From assembly GCA_040954595.2 (NCBI GenBank), contig CM082594.2, positions 1,444,247 to 1,508,246 of the forward strand: a stretch of 64,000 nucleotides of DNA, written 5' to 3'. Positions 53,050-64,000 of this stretch are shown here, piece after piece (the first letter of the stretch is position 1; every line of letters starts with the position of its first letter). Source of the DNA: Balanoglossus misakiensis (Eukaryota; Animalia; Hemichordata). The notes under the pieces are model-generated. The model did no database searches and had not been told where the DNA came from. It saw only the letters and a program-made list of their open reading frames with translations. Made by a program: the position numbers and the translations under genes.

Positions 53050-53078
<29 letters not shown>
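53050..53078. repeat. (CA)n microsatellite
   Basis: acacacacac run. Confidence 0.95.
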
Positions 53079-53081
<3 letters not shown>

Positions 53082-53113
53082 CAACCGATAGACAAACAGA
53101 CTGCTTGATAATA

Positions 53114-53294
53114 CAGTGAAACCTGTCTATTAAGGAAACCTCTAGCTCTGGGACTGGAAAATGTGTCCTTAATAGGGAGGTGTCCTTAATAGACAGGTTG
53201 TATTCTATTCAAACTGTGACTTTTGTCATGAAAAAATGTCCTTAATAGAGAGGTGTCCTGATTAGAGAGGTGTCTGTAATGACAGGTTTCACTG
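53114..53294. mobile_element. Tc1/mariner(pogo)-type MITE with TA TSD
   Basis: ta|cagtgaaacctgtc ... gacaggtttcactg|ta; internal gtccttaatagagaggt repeats. Confidence 0.88.
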
Positions 53295-53445
53295 TATGCT
53301 CTGACTGATCGCAAAAGCTGAAACTTTTATGTGTTTGTAGATACAACACAAAGGAACTAAAAATAAGGCATTCACATAGGGACCATTGAAAGGTTTCTGA
53401 AACATCTCAACTCAAATATTGACATAAAATATGTGAACAGTTTAA

Positions 53446-54142
53446 AGTGCCTTTCACACGTGCCGTCAACGCGGCCCCAGCGGCGGCCCTAGGGCGGCGT
53501 TAATTTGTAAGTGCCACGCGTGAAAAGGTGAGAGCGGCCCTGCGCCGGTCTTTTTCGGATGGTGTTGAGGGGTGGGACCTTCGTCGGGGCGCCGCACTAA
53601 GCAGCGATTCAAATCACGTGTGAACAGAAACACCGCACTAAACGCCGATTTAAACGCACTCTGCCGAGGCGGTTTGTCTCATTAAGCGCCGCATTAAGCG
53701 TTGAGGTTCACTTTACTAAAACAATGGCCGAAGCAGTGTCTCGAGGCAACAATTGGAGTGACGCGGAAATGGCCAAGGCACATACACAGGAATTGCAAAC
53801 TCGATCTCCGACGACGATTTTGTAGCATGGACTGCAGTCTTCCAATCGCAACCTCCAATGAAAGGTTACCATAAACGGGTATCGGGTCATTCAAATGCCC
53901 ATGAAATCGGCGTCGACGACGTTTAAAAAGCAAATTCAAGAGTACCATATACAGTAAACACATCACTGGATCCGCCATTGTGACCTTTAGCCACGCTGCT
54001 GTTGACGTGCGTAGAGGGCGATGACCCCGTCCCTTTTATACACATGTGAATGCAAAACTATTTGAGTCGCTGATAAGAAATGTTTACCAACTTTTATAAT
54101 CGAAAAAAGGGCGCCCTAACCATGGCACGTGTGCAAGCGGCT
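53446..54142. mobile_element. Non-autonomous PIF/Harbinger deletion derivative with TAA TSD
   Basis: taa|agtgcctttcacacgtgcc ... ggcacgtgtgcaagcggct|taa; GC-rich; retains ATG-initiated 5' stubs on both strands. Confidence 0.8.
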
Positions 54143-54169
54143 TAAGTCTTCCTGGAACGTTTTAGCTTT

Positions 54170-54701
54170 AGTGCCTTTCACAGGTGCCGTCAACGCAGCC
54201 CCAGCGGCGGCCCTAGGGCGGCGTTAATTTGTAAGTGCCACGTGTGAAAAGGTGAGAGCGGCCCTGCGCCGGTCTTTTTCGGATGGTGTTGAGGGGTGGG
54301 ACCTTCGTCGGGGCGCCGCACTAAGCAGCGATTCAAATCACGTGTGAACAGAAACACCGCACTAAACGCCGATCTAAACGCACTCTGCCGATGCGGTTTG
54401 TCTCATTAAGCGCCGCATTAAGCGTCGAGGTTCACTTTACTAAAACAATGGCCGAAGCAGTGTCTCGAGGCAACAATTGGAGTGACGCGGAAATGGCCAA
54501 GGCACATACACAGGAATTGCAAACTCGACCTCTGACGACGATTTTGTAGCATGGACTGCAGTCTTCCAATCGCAACCTCCAATGAAAGGTTACCATAAAC
54601 GGGTATCGGGTCATTCAAATGCCCATGAAATCGGCGTCGACGACGTTTAAAAAGCTAATTCAAGAGTACCATATACAGTAAACACATCACTGGATCCGCC
54701 A
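54170..54701. mobile_element. Second, near-identical copy of the Harbinger derivative, truncated at 54701
   Basis: Colinear with 53446-53977 until ggatccgcca, where the TAGTGTCTC terminus begins. Confidence 0.88.
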
Positions 54702-55929
54702 TAGTGTCTCAAATTTTTCCCTGCCTGAAACTGGTATCTGAAATGTTTCTCATTTTACCCAGTGTAAACACGGTGAAAGACAAAATGTCCTATATCTGTA
54801 TAACATAGATCATAAATTTATAATACAGTTGGTCTGATTGCAGCCCCGTAATTGGTTGAAGCAAGGGTTTACATTCTCTACTAGAAGACCTGAACAGTAA
54901 ATAACTGAAATAAAATACACAGAAGAGAATGCACCTGAATAGTCCTGTTTCATAAGTCAGGTCCATGACATATGTACTGACATCTGTGATTGGTCCATCT
55001 GGTAATCTTAGGTCCACTTGCGGCACGCTGATTGGAGGGACCTTATGTGTTAGGTCTTATTATTATGTATTATTCATTAGACCTTGTAGGTTAGGTCTTA
55101 TTACTATGTATTATTCACTTTACAGCTCCCTGATTGGTTAATGTGTAGGTCTGGTCTTCCAGCGTTCACTGCCTCATTATGGAGGACCTTGTAGGTTAGG
55201 TCTTATTAATATGTATTTATTCAATTTTCAGCTCCCTGATTGGTTAATGTGTAGGTCTCCAGTTTTCACTGCCTCGTTATGCAAAGTCTTTTGTACTTTC
55301 TGAATACTGTTGTCGTATTCTGTCTGGCATGCTGCCTGCGCGTGGTCGAAGCTCGCGATCGATCCCAGTGTATAAAGAAAGGCACTCATATAATGATTGG
55401 ATTTCACCTTGTTTCATAATTCCTTCACTATTCATGGCATTTTATGTGATACTGTGAACTAGATACTCGAAAAAAACATAGCCATGAGAAATTTTGTATT
55501 TTATTTCCTGTGGGGGTTTAGTGTTTTGTTACGTAATGCCTTTCAGCGCGTCACTTCGTGTAGCACCTGGCTGAATACGAAGCTTAGGCTGTGCAATTCA
55601 TTCGAGCAAACCAAATAAATCTTAGAATAGAAATGTTTAGAATAGCATTGCATTGCTTTGGGACACCTCGTTAGTTGCTTTACGGGTATGATTACTTTTT
55701 AATTTTACTTCTTTCACGAAGCTGCACATAGTTCCCGATTTTTTTAGGAAAGCAATACGAATGTCTACGAATTACGGACAACGTGCTCCTTATCACAACA
55801 TCTTTGTCAAAACTCAATTACTTTAATAACAATAATAACAATAATAATAATAATGAAAAGTAGGTGTATAATAAAAATTACTGGTAGTATTATACCAAAA
55901 ATGAACTAAAATACGTTGTAAAAAAATGT

Positions 55930-57047
55930 TCAAAGTCCATCTAAATGCTCGTTCAGTCTCTCCAACGTGCGGTGGATGTTGGCAATCGTATCTGGAAGGT
56001 CATTTCTTAAAAAAATAATGTATAACTCGTGGGCTTCCCGGACGAGTTGATACAGCCGCACTCTACCCTGTCGTGGTTGCTGCCTATCGGGAAGGGGTTC
56101 TTCCGGCAAGGGGATGTCCCTTGCGTCCGCAGCATCAGCAGGGTCTTCTGCTGGTCCGGGCACAGGCTCTTCCCGTTGATCAAATGGGTAGTGATATGGA
56201 TCGGGAACCATCATAGGAACAGGTCCAGGGGCCTGTCTTTCCGGCAATGGTGGCACAACCGGAACAGGCGGCTGAATTGGCTGTCCACCAGCCTGAGCCT
56301 GGACCACCCCTGGCATGAGTGTTACATGTACAGCAGTGGTACATGTACAGCAGCTGCCAGCAACTGCGGCTGGCCTCCTTGCTGTCGGGCTCTTCTCTCA
56401 TCGGGGGAAGCTAGGGCCGCATAGCGCATCTCTTGCTCTCTCATTTGACGAGCACTGTAATGATAAAAAAACGAACAATATCAGTTTCTGGATGTGAGAG
56501 AACAAAGGTACTACTCAGGCCAAGAAAAATGCGTAGCCAGTAACACTACCAATCTTATTTTAAACACTGTCTGACCCTATATGTTAATTTCGCCATTTCA
56601 CAGAAAATCCCGCGAAATGACGACAGATTAGCGGGAAATTTGAAATCAAACGTAATTGCCACCACTATTCTATCAAGGGTTTTGGTCTGTATGTATTCCC
56701 CAGAAAATACATCAGGCCGGCAACAAAAAACGTTCTGTTTGTACATACTAGCTATATTATTACTGACGTCAAGTTTTCAAAATAATCTATAAAAAAATGA
56801 CAACTCACCCAGCTACACGCCTTATCACAATATTGCGAACACGTCGCCGTAGTTGTCGCATGAGACCGTTGGTGTACAGCCTCACGGTTTCTTCCGGCAA
56901 ACCACTTTGTATCATCAAGCGAGGGGATTGCCTGATAAAACGGACGATGGCGTCATAATCAGTATTATGGACTCGCATTCCGGCAGAAACTAGTCCGATT
57001 TCGGCTTCTGTTACAGGAACGCGTGCTACACGTGGTGTTGCAGCCAT
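55930..57047 (-). pseudogene. Two-exon accessory ORF2 (57047-56809, 56454-55930) of the Pangu-like element: Myb-like N-terminus, Pro/Gln-rich linker, helical C-terminus; frameshifted by a 17-bp duplication
   Basis: ATG at 57047 (MAATPRVARVPVTEAEIGLVSAGMRVHNTDYDAIVRFI...); donor GG|gtgagt and acceptor ttacag|T are phase-compatible; removing one ctgctgtacatgta(c/a)ca copy joins the frame to ORF 55930..56316. Confidence 0.75.
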
Positions 57048-57319
57048 GTTGGTTGTTGAGAAAGACAAAAGTTTTACATTGAGAGATGACCACCGTGATC
57101 TTTGGACTACGAGCACCTGTTTAACTTTGAATTTACAATAGGAATTGACCAATCAAAACTAAACTGTAGAAAACGCTTCACGTTTGCAGTGATCTTTGTA
57201 ATGCAAATCCTCAGGAGATCTTCAAACATGGTGATTGTGTTGGCCTTTATGAACGTAACCAGATATAGAAGGTCATCAATACTATCATATGAGCATAATG
57301 AAAGACTCGTATTATGTAA

Positions 57320-57343
57320 TCATCATCATCATCATCATCATCA
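57320..57343. repeat. (CAT)n microsatellite
   Basis: tcatcatcatcatcatcatcatca. Confidence 0.9.
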
Positions 57344-58380
57344 AGATGTGTGATGAAATAAATGTGTATAGCCGACGCACTTAATTTGGAGACAAAATGA
57401 ATAGAATGATCTCTTGGGGACAAAATGCTGACTCAGGTTTTTTTCTCGGAGTTACAATGCATGGTCTTGTGTCTCACAAATGAGTGCGGTGACCCTCGTA
57501 TTTTATTTCAGATTTTGATAACGGGGACAAAGAAGAATCCCAAAACCGACTATTAGGAGAAATGTCAATACTTTCACTTTTACCACTCATACATTTTCTT
57601 AACTCGTGACAAATTTTCGCTGGTATAACCATGGTAAAACAAACTTAGGGCTTCAGAGTATGAAAATATCAGTGCCATTTTTACTGAAAGCTGATTTCCA
57701 TTTTTGTCAAAGTGTTTTGTGGAGAACAGAACAACTCTGCAAATTTAGAAAACAAAATTTAATAGGAAATATTGTGGAGCAAAATTGTTCGGTCATCACG
57801 TTTCTTCAGTGGATCTTTAGGGTTGGAATTTTCTGAGGAGATCTCTGTAAAAATTAAGCACGGTGGCAAAGTTTTTATTTTATTTATTTTATCAGAATAG
57901 TTTTTCAAGGTAAATTTTAAATTACAGTAGTAAGTTCCATTTATTTTACGTACAATCCTATTGACAAGTATATGTCGACCATGGGTAGTTCCCACAGAGC
58001 AACGAAATTACTCAAATGCAGACTTGTGTATATTATATAGCTGGTTTCAGATACGCCAGTGTACTTACATGATTAAAGTTTTTTGTCTAGTAGACACGTG
58101 ACATTCTCATAATAGTTCCTGTGATTTGGTATTTGTTTCAAATTCACACTGCATTAATCAACTCCATAGAATGGGTGGACTCAGTTTGAAACCTACGAAG
58201 TTATATTTCGGGTAGAAGCAACTATCATTTTTGGCCCTAAAGCACCTGTAATTTATGTCTAACTAATTTCACGGTTATGATTGGTAGGAAAGGTTGTTGA
58301 CACCTGTTCTATCGAAAGCTTTCATGTCTAAATACTGACTCATCGGACTACAATCACTCCAGTTGAAAATCTACATCAAA

Positions 58381-59497
58381 ATGTCGCTGCAACGCAATCA
58401 CGTTGTCTTGATGATTTCGCAACTTCTCAGCTTACTTGCTACCTTGCAGTTCATTTCTGTGGCTATCCATCCTCCCATTTATTGTGAAGAAGAATTGCGT
58501 ATGCTAACACAGTCTGGTGAAACAGAACTATTACTGCTGCTTCTCACACTTCTTTTGTCTGTTTCGCGTCCACCAATGGAACAACCGCCGGACATTTACA
58601 GACTACTCTTCCCGGACAACAATGGTAATAACGACACACATGGTATCGACGTCTGGAGCTCATTGTCTCAAAGACCACGCTACTTGTGGTTTTTGACAGG
58701 AGAGACAGTTCCGTCATTTGAAGCCATTGTTAGAGATCTGGAACCGCGGCTCCGCAATCGAGGTGACGTAAATGGATCTTCCGGGCGACCATTTTCTCTG
58801 GACCCACAAAATCGTTTTTTTGTTGATTTTCGTTTGGTTAAGACATTACCCCACTTTGGATTTATTGGCAGCTTGGTTTGGAGTAAGCAGAGGGACTGCA
58901 AACAGAGAAATTTACCATATTTTGCCTTTACTTTGGCATTACTTTCGCCGCATGGTACGATGGCCTACGATGCAACGTTGCCATCAGTTACGAGGTCAGT
59001 GGGATTTCTTTCCGGATGCCATCGGTACAATACCGACCCGAATCTGAAGGCCAATACAATAACCTCTTTTACAGCGGGTATGCAAGATATCATTGCATGA
59101 GCACTCAAGTCTTTGTGGACAACCAGGGGAGCATTATACACATCCAATCTGGATTTCTTGGTCATGCTAACGATGCAGCACAATTCCAGCTACTGGAGAA
59201 TTGCCGATTCCACGTGAAACTTACTTGTTGGCTTATCAGGGTTATCCAAACAGATATCCACTGCTAACGAGGTACCCATCCCGTCAACTCGTAGGCCCAT
59301 TTCGCGTGGAGAAGCGAGTTTTTAATCGAGAGTTCAATCAAGCCCGTGTGAATATCAAACACAGCATTAAGTATATCAAAACATATCGAGTAACTAGCGA
59401 AATATATCGCCATCCTCGTTGGTTTATGCCAGTTATTGTCAAAGTATGTACATTCTTGGCACAGAGACACATTAACTTGTATCATAACTTAAGGTAG
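58381..59497 (+). pseudogene. HARBI1/DDE_Tnp_4-type transposase pseudogene (HTH + DDE)
   Basis: Stitched frames: LTGETVPSF..; FLLIFVWLRHYPTLDLLAAWFGVSRGTANR (HTH_Tnp_4-like); FYSGYARYHCMSTQVFVDNQGSIIHIQSGFLGHAND; LLAYQGY; FNREFNQARVNIKHSIKYIKTY; at least 3 frame breaks. Confidence 0.9.
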
Positions 59498-62400
59498 TAT
59501 CTGTTCGCCGACGGCAATGAGACATAATTATTTATTGTATTTTTTGACATTAAGGTCTTTTATTCTGAACATCTGAGACATTCTGAACATTTCGAGCTAA
59601 TTGTATGTATTGTGTATAACACACGTAAAGAGATTTTGTTTACCGTTTTTTGATATGCATTCGGATTTTTTTGGATTAAATCACATTTTTGACTTGTTAT
59701 AATAATGGTAATGACAGTATGAATCATATAGTCTGTGTAATTTTCGTATCTCTGTGGTAAGGAGAATTTAGTGTAAATTTCAGAGCGTTGGCTAACTTAT
59801 CAGAAAATTATGGGCTGAATATTGTAAAAAAAATTCGGGAAGGTGCAAAATAGGACAAATTTTCCATTTTAGGACGTAATATTCAAAATGAAAATCACGG
59901 AAATCACTTTTTCAGTATATAAATTGGGATCGTATATGTCGGGTATGACCGGTACAACTGACCCACGAGAATCAAGGAGGGCTTGCACTAACTGGTCAGT
60001 CGACTGCGAACATCTGTTCTCACACGGCCACAATTTTCGAGTAGCCCCATATGTTTCCTTGAAGCTCTATTGTTCCCGCTTGTCATTCACAGCCCTCGCT
60101 GTTGTACATGCGGCCAATGCGCCAGTCAAATAAAAAAAAAACGTGTAGTTTGTATCCGTAAGCAGCAATAGGAAACACCAAGCCAACGTGCCTTGTAATG
60201 CATTAGGGGACAGAGAGAAGTATTAAGCATGAAAATTCAACGCATGAAGATTTGTCTGGCATGTTTCGTTGTAACTTTATGTCGAGTCGCGGAAATCACT
60301 ACAGCTGTATAACGTGGCAGTAAAAACTGGAGACCTACGCATTAACCAATCAGGGAGCTGTAAAGTGAATAATACATAGTAATAAGACCTAACCTATAAT
60401 GAGGTAGTGAACACCGGAGGACCAGACCTACACTTTAACCAATCAGGGAGCTGTAAAGTGAATAATACATAGTAATAAGACCTAACACACAAGGTCCCTC
60501 CAATCAGCGTGCCACAAGTGGACCTTAGAGAAGCGGATGAACCAATCAGAACATTTGCTACATGTGCATAGGACCTGTAATGTAGATCATTTTGAAACAG
60601 GACTAATAGAACACAGTTTATAAACTTGGATTGGTCATGGGCATCAAGGCGCTCTACTTAAGAAATTCTACAACATGTTTGTACAAGTGGCAATTTACAT
60701 GAGCAATGAGGCCTTTCTGGCATGTAATACTTAAAATCAAAACATCAGATTTTTTATCACGCAAAATCATATTATAAATGACATTTTAAATGGTGTGCAC
60801 TTATATTTGGTTACGGATTTAAAACCTCTTTGATGAAAATTTTGCCGAGAGGTCTTGTGTCTACAACCAAATACCCACTGTGTACATATCATTCAGATTG
60901 CTCAATACTTATCAACAAGTTCACCAGTGGTTTCCAGAAATCTATGGAGTACCATATGCCATTTTCATTGTGCCTCCCCCCATCTATTTCAATACAATAA
61001 ATAATGGCTGGCTTGATTTTTCCCCAGGACTTTTCAAGAATAGTTTTTGTTCAAGAAATATTACACATAGCTCAGACAAGTAAACGTAAATTCATTGGTC
61101 AAAAAAAATTATGTGGTCACCATGCTCTATTATGAGATAAATTGCGTTAAAATCTTCGCCCATAGACAAACCATTGGTAAAAAATGCTGAGACAGCAAAT
61201 TTCTTCTATTATCAACTAAATTCATGGCTCTGTATTTTTTTTAAAAGGGCAATGACCCCTACAATTTTTAACGGATTCTCATTATACATACACAGGATAA
61301 TCCAAAATTCCACAATTAAAAGAATGACAATACTTTCAACGCGTATAATACCAGCATACACCTGTTTCAAGTCCAGTGTCCTAATACACCATCATCATGA
61401 ATTGGAACTCAAAGCAAGGCCAACGGGCAAACCCAGATTGACAACTCAATACACCAGCACAGTGGTTTCTTTATGGAAGTGGTGGTACCAATAAATACTT
61501 TATTCAAGGTAATAATTTCTTATTGTAGCAGTATTTTCATTTCCATTCATGTTTTAAAGGCCTTTTTTGTAGATTCTGAGTTTCTATGCCAGACAAAGTA
61601 TGATTATTTTTCCACTAATGCAGCCTGAATTAAAGTCAACATTTTTCACCATAGGTCTTTCTATGTTATTTTTCTATAGGCATGGACACATTTAAGTTTA
61701 TCTCAAAACTGAGCACAGTGGTGAGCCTACAACTTATATCAATCACTGAATTTAATTTAATTTGGATGAGTTATGAGTAAAACTTCATAAAAATGACAAT
61801 AGTAGAAAAGGGTTTTCTATCAATTCTTAATGTCATCCTATGGGAAGAAACACATTCCATGAGCTCATACATGTAGTGTATGCCATTCTTGACCCTTTCA
61901 GTATTATATGAATCAGATATAGAAGCTTGTTCAACGTCCCGTTGCGGTCAGGCCAATCAGATTGCACTTTATGTCAATCAAAACTGAAGGATACCTAAAG
62001 TTCTCTATAAGGCACCGTCTGATTGGTTTACTAGAGTTTTCAACGGGAGCTTCTATGGGAGTTGGTCAGATGTAGTGTGAGGCGACAGTATAAGAATACC
62101 GTACTGCGAAGTAAAAGACGTCGCCGTACCCTACATCTGATTTTAATCAGATTGTATGCACACATACGCTGGTTTAGAATACTGATAAACCCTGATGAAA
62201 CAATCTCAGTAAAATATATACAGATGAGAATGAGAATGCAGTTAAAGTTAAATATACATTCGTTGTATCTTTTGGCTTTATTTCCAGTATTTTTGTTCTA
62301 TGTAGCAAATGCGATTTCATGTTCTACTCCATACAGATTGTTACTTGTCAGCACAGAATGTATGTGTATAATGGCCATTGTCATTGTTGACAATAATTCA

Positions 62401-62797
62401 TAGATTCTAGTCTGGACTTAAATTCCAATTTGGCACAATAACAATGCTGACCATACACATATATGTTTCATCATGTTTCGGGAATTTGCACAAGAAACTG
62501 CTAAACAAAGATACTGAAAACACAGGAAAAAGTTAAAGGTAATGGAGCTTTAATTACAATTCACACTGTACACAAAATCCATGTAAATAATCCAAATACT
62601 GGATTTGTCAGCTTCAACTGATATGGGGGTCACACAAGGACCGTTAAGAAATTGCTAAAACGTCTCAGATCAAATACTGGCATAAATTATTATTGGTGAA
62701 TGGTTTAAGTGGTCCTGAATCTTCTCAGATTTGAGACACGTCTCTTACCAGGTTCACACAGGGTAAAATTTGAGACACTATTAGTCTATGGTAAACA

Positions 62798-64000
62798 CAG
62801 AGCGTTAATACTTTGGGGGGGGGGGGGTTAGCTGGGCAGACCCGCCCTCCTTTATTTTTTGCCACCCTGCTATCTTACGCGCGCCCTGCTTTCTTTTCAT
62901 TCCCGCCCGGGTAAATATTTATTGTTTCTGGTGCACGCTCCCGCATGCGGCTGACGTTTGAGAGAATGATATTTATTCAGTTTAGGGATGTTTTGTCGCC
63001 TTTGTAGAGAACACAAGCAGAAGGCCAAGTGCGGAGGGACTTGGGTTACAACATCTCATTGTACATGTACCACCCTTCGCGAAGACAAACACAAGCAGCA
63101 TGAAGATACGATGATCCACTGGATGGCAATGCAGCTTGACGCCGAGGCAACAATTACCGAGAACAGCAGCGGTCTTGTGGCTGCATTTGAAAAGGTCATC
63201 ACCGTTGAGACGCAAGCCTTTATGCATCGGCGTCCTACGATGCATGTATTTTCTCATGCACAGAGAATTGCCGCACACCACCAACTTCATCCATGTTTTG
63301 GAATTGGCAAAGTCCCTCGGGTGTTCATTCCTTGGTACTCTCAGCAGTGATGACCACAACTGTAATGGTTTATTGCATTGGTAAGTAGGTCTACTGATTT
63401 TTGTGCAGATCTAAATTGTAGGCAATGCAATGTAGTAACATTTATTTAAACCTGGTTGTTTTCAAGAAAGGATCACTGTTTAAGCAATAGTGTTACACTC
63501 AATAAATAATAATTACTGTACAAATTACTGTGAATTTTCATTTATTTCATTTTTCAGGCAAAGTCATCCGTGATGAGATTTTAGAGAAGATGAAGGGAAG
63601 TAACTTCTATTCACTGTTAATAGATGAAACAACTGATGTGGCTGTATTGAAGCAATTAATCATCTATTCCAAGTACATCTTGAAGTCTGGGAAGTCATTT
63701 GTGTCTTTCCTTGGAGTTAAAGAAGTAAGTGGAAAGTTTTTCAATTGTTAAGTCTACACTGAATTAAAAACATACGATTAAACATGTTTTTGAGTGACCT
63801 CATTTAATTGATTTTGCTGACTAGTTATTTCAGGTGAGACAAACATTGAGTTGTACATTGCATGTGTTAACATCAAGGTTTTATTTTCACTTTTTCAGGT
63901 TGGTGATGGCAGAGCAGACACCATTGCACAGTCAGTGAAAGAGTTTTCTTCAGAGAATGGTATTGTCTTAAGAGATTGTCTGTCTGCTTTGGGCAGTGAT
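62798..64000 (+). mobile_element. 5' part of a hAT-superfamily element running off the window
   Basis: Candidate CAG terminus (cagagcgttaatac) followed by GC-rich subterminal repeats (ccctgct) and a hAT transposase. Confidence 0.6.
62986..64000 (+). pseudogene. Intron-containing hAT transposase (ZNF862-like); exons ~62986-63380, 63558-63724, 63899->64000; exon 1 frameshifted
   Basis: MFCRLCREH...H (Zn-finger-like); RCMYFLMHRELPHTTNF; FYSLLIDETTDVAVLKQLIIY (first catalytic D); VGDGRADTIAQ...ALGSD (second D); canonical GT-AG sites with matching phases. Confidence 0.85.

Larger units (their letters stand above)
54941..60604. mobile_element. Full-length PHIS-superfamily (Pangu-like) DNA transposon: AAT TSD, long TIRs, two divergent genes
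   Basis: aat|agtcctgtttca ... tgaaacaggact|aat; inverted repeats 54941-55280 and 60309-60604; DDE_Tnp_4-like gene on + strand, spliced ORF2 on - strand. Confidence 0.8.
54702..62780. mobile_element. Non-autonomous TIR element with TAG...CTA termini (Academ-like) hosting the Pangu-like element
   Basis: Left tagtgtctcaaatttttccctgcctgaaactggta vs reverse complement of the right end tagtgtctcaaattttaccctgtgtgaacctggta; no TSD seen. Confidence 0.6.

Noticed and set aside
56029-56497. Plus-strand ORFs 56029..56424 and 56315..56497, and minus-strand ORF 56180..56401
   Set aside because: Shadow frames of the GC-rich ORF2 exon
60880-62403. Short ORFs inside the Academ-like shell
   Set aside because: AT-rich, non-ATG or motif-free frames with no transposase signature

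Overview
AT-rich, intron-containing animal genomic DNA; it looks like a marine invertebrate, but the taxon cannot be fixed from the sequence. No prokaryotic features, RNA genes or CRISPR array were found. Layout: (1) 0.6-4.6 kb: 3' exons of a + strand gene for a single-pass, cysteine-rich surface protein (RRKR furin-type site, GCC2/GCC3 ephrin-receptor-like repeats, two EGF domains, TM helix, NPxY tail; uninflatable/SVEP1/SCUBE-like), with signs of internal disruption. (2) 6-11 kb: foldback, LINE and LTR debris. (3) 11.4-30.25 kb: an ~18.8 kb tandem array of an 82/86-bp monomer with nested higher-order repeats, possibly inside a minus-strand Helitron-like element whose 5' end is at ~32.85 kb. 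(4) 33-48.7 kb: a Helentron/HINE-like repeat field and a local duplication whose two copies carry the same Harbinger MITE 18 bp apart in opposite orientations. (5) 51-64 kb: a nested DNA-transposon stack of MITEs, a Harbinger deletion derivative, an Academ-like shell, a complete but dead 5.7 kb Pangu-like (PHIS) element with a spliced Myb-like second gene, and an intron-containing hAT transposase running off the window. All family assignments come from reading the sequence by eye, not from database searches.
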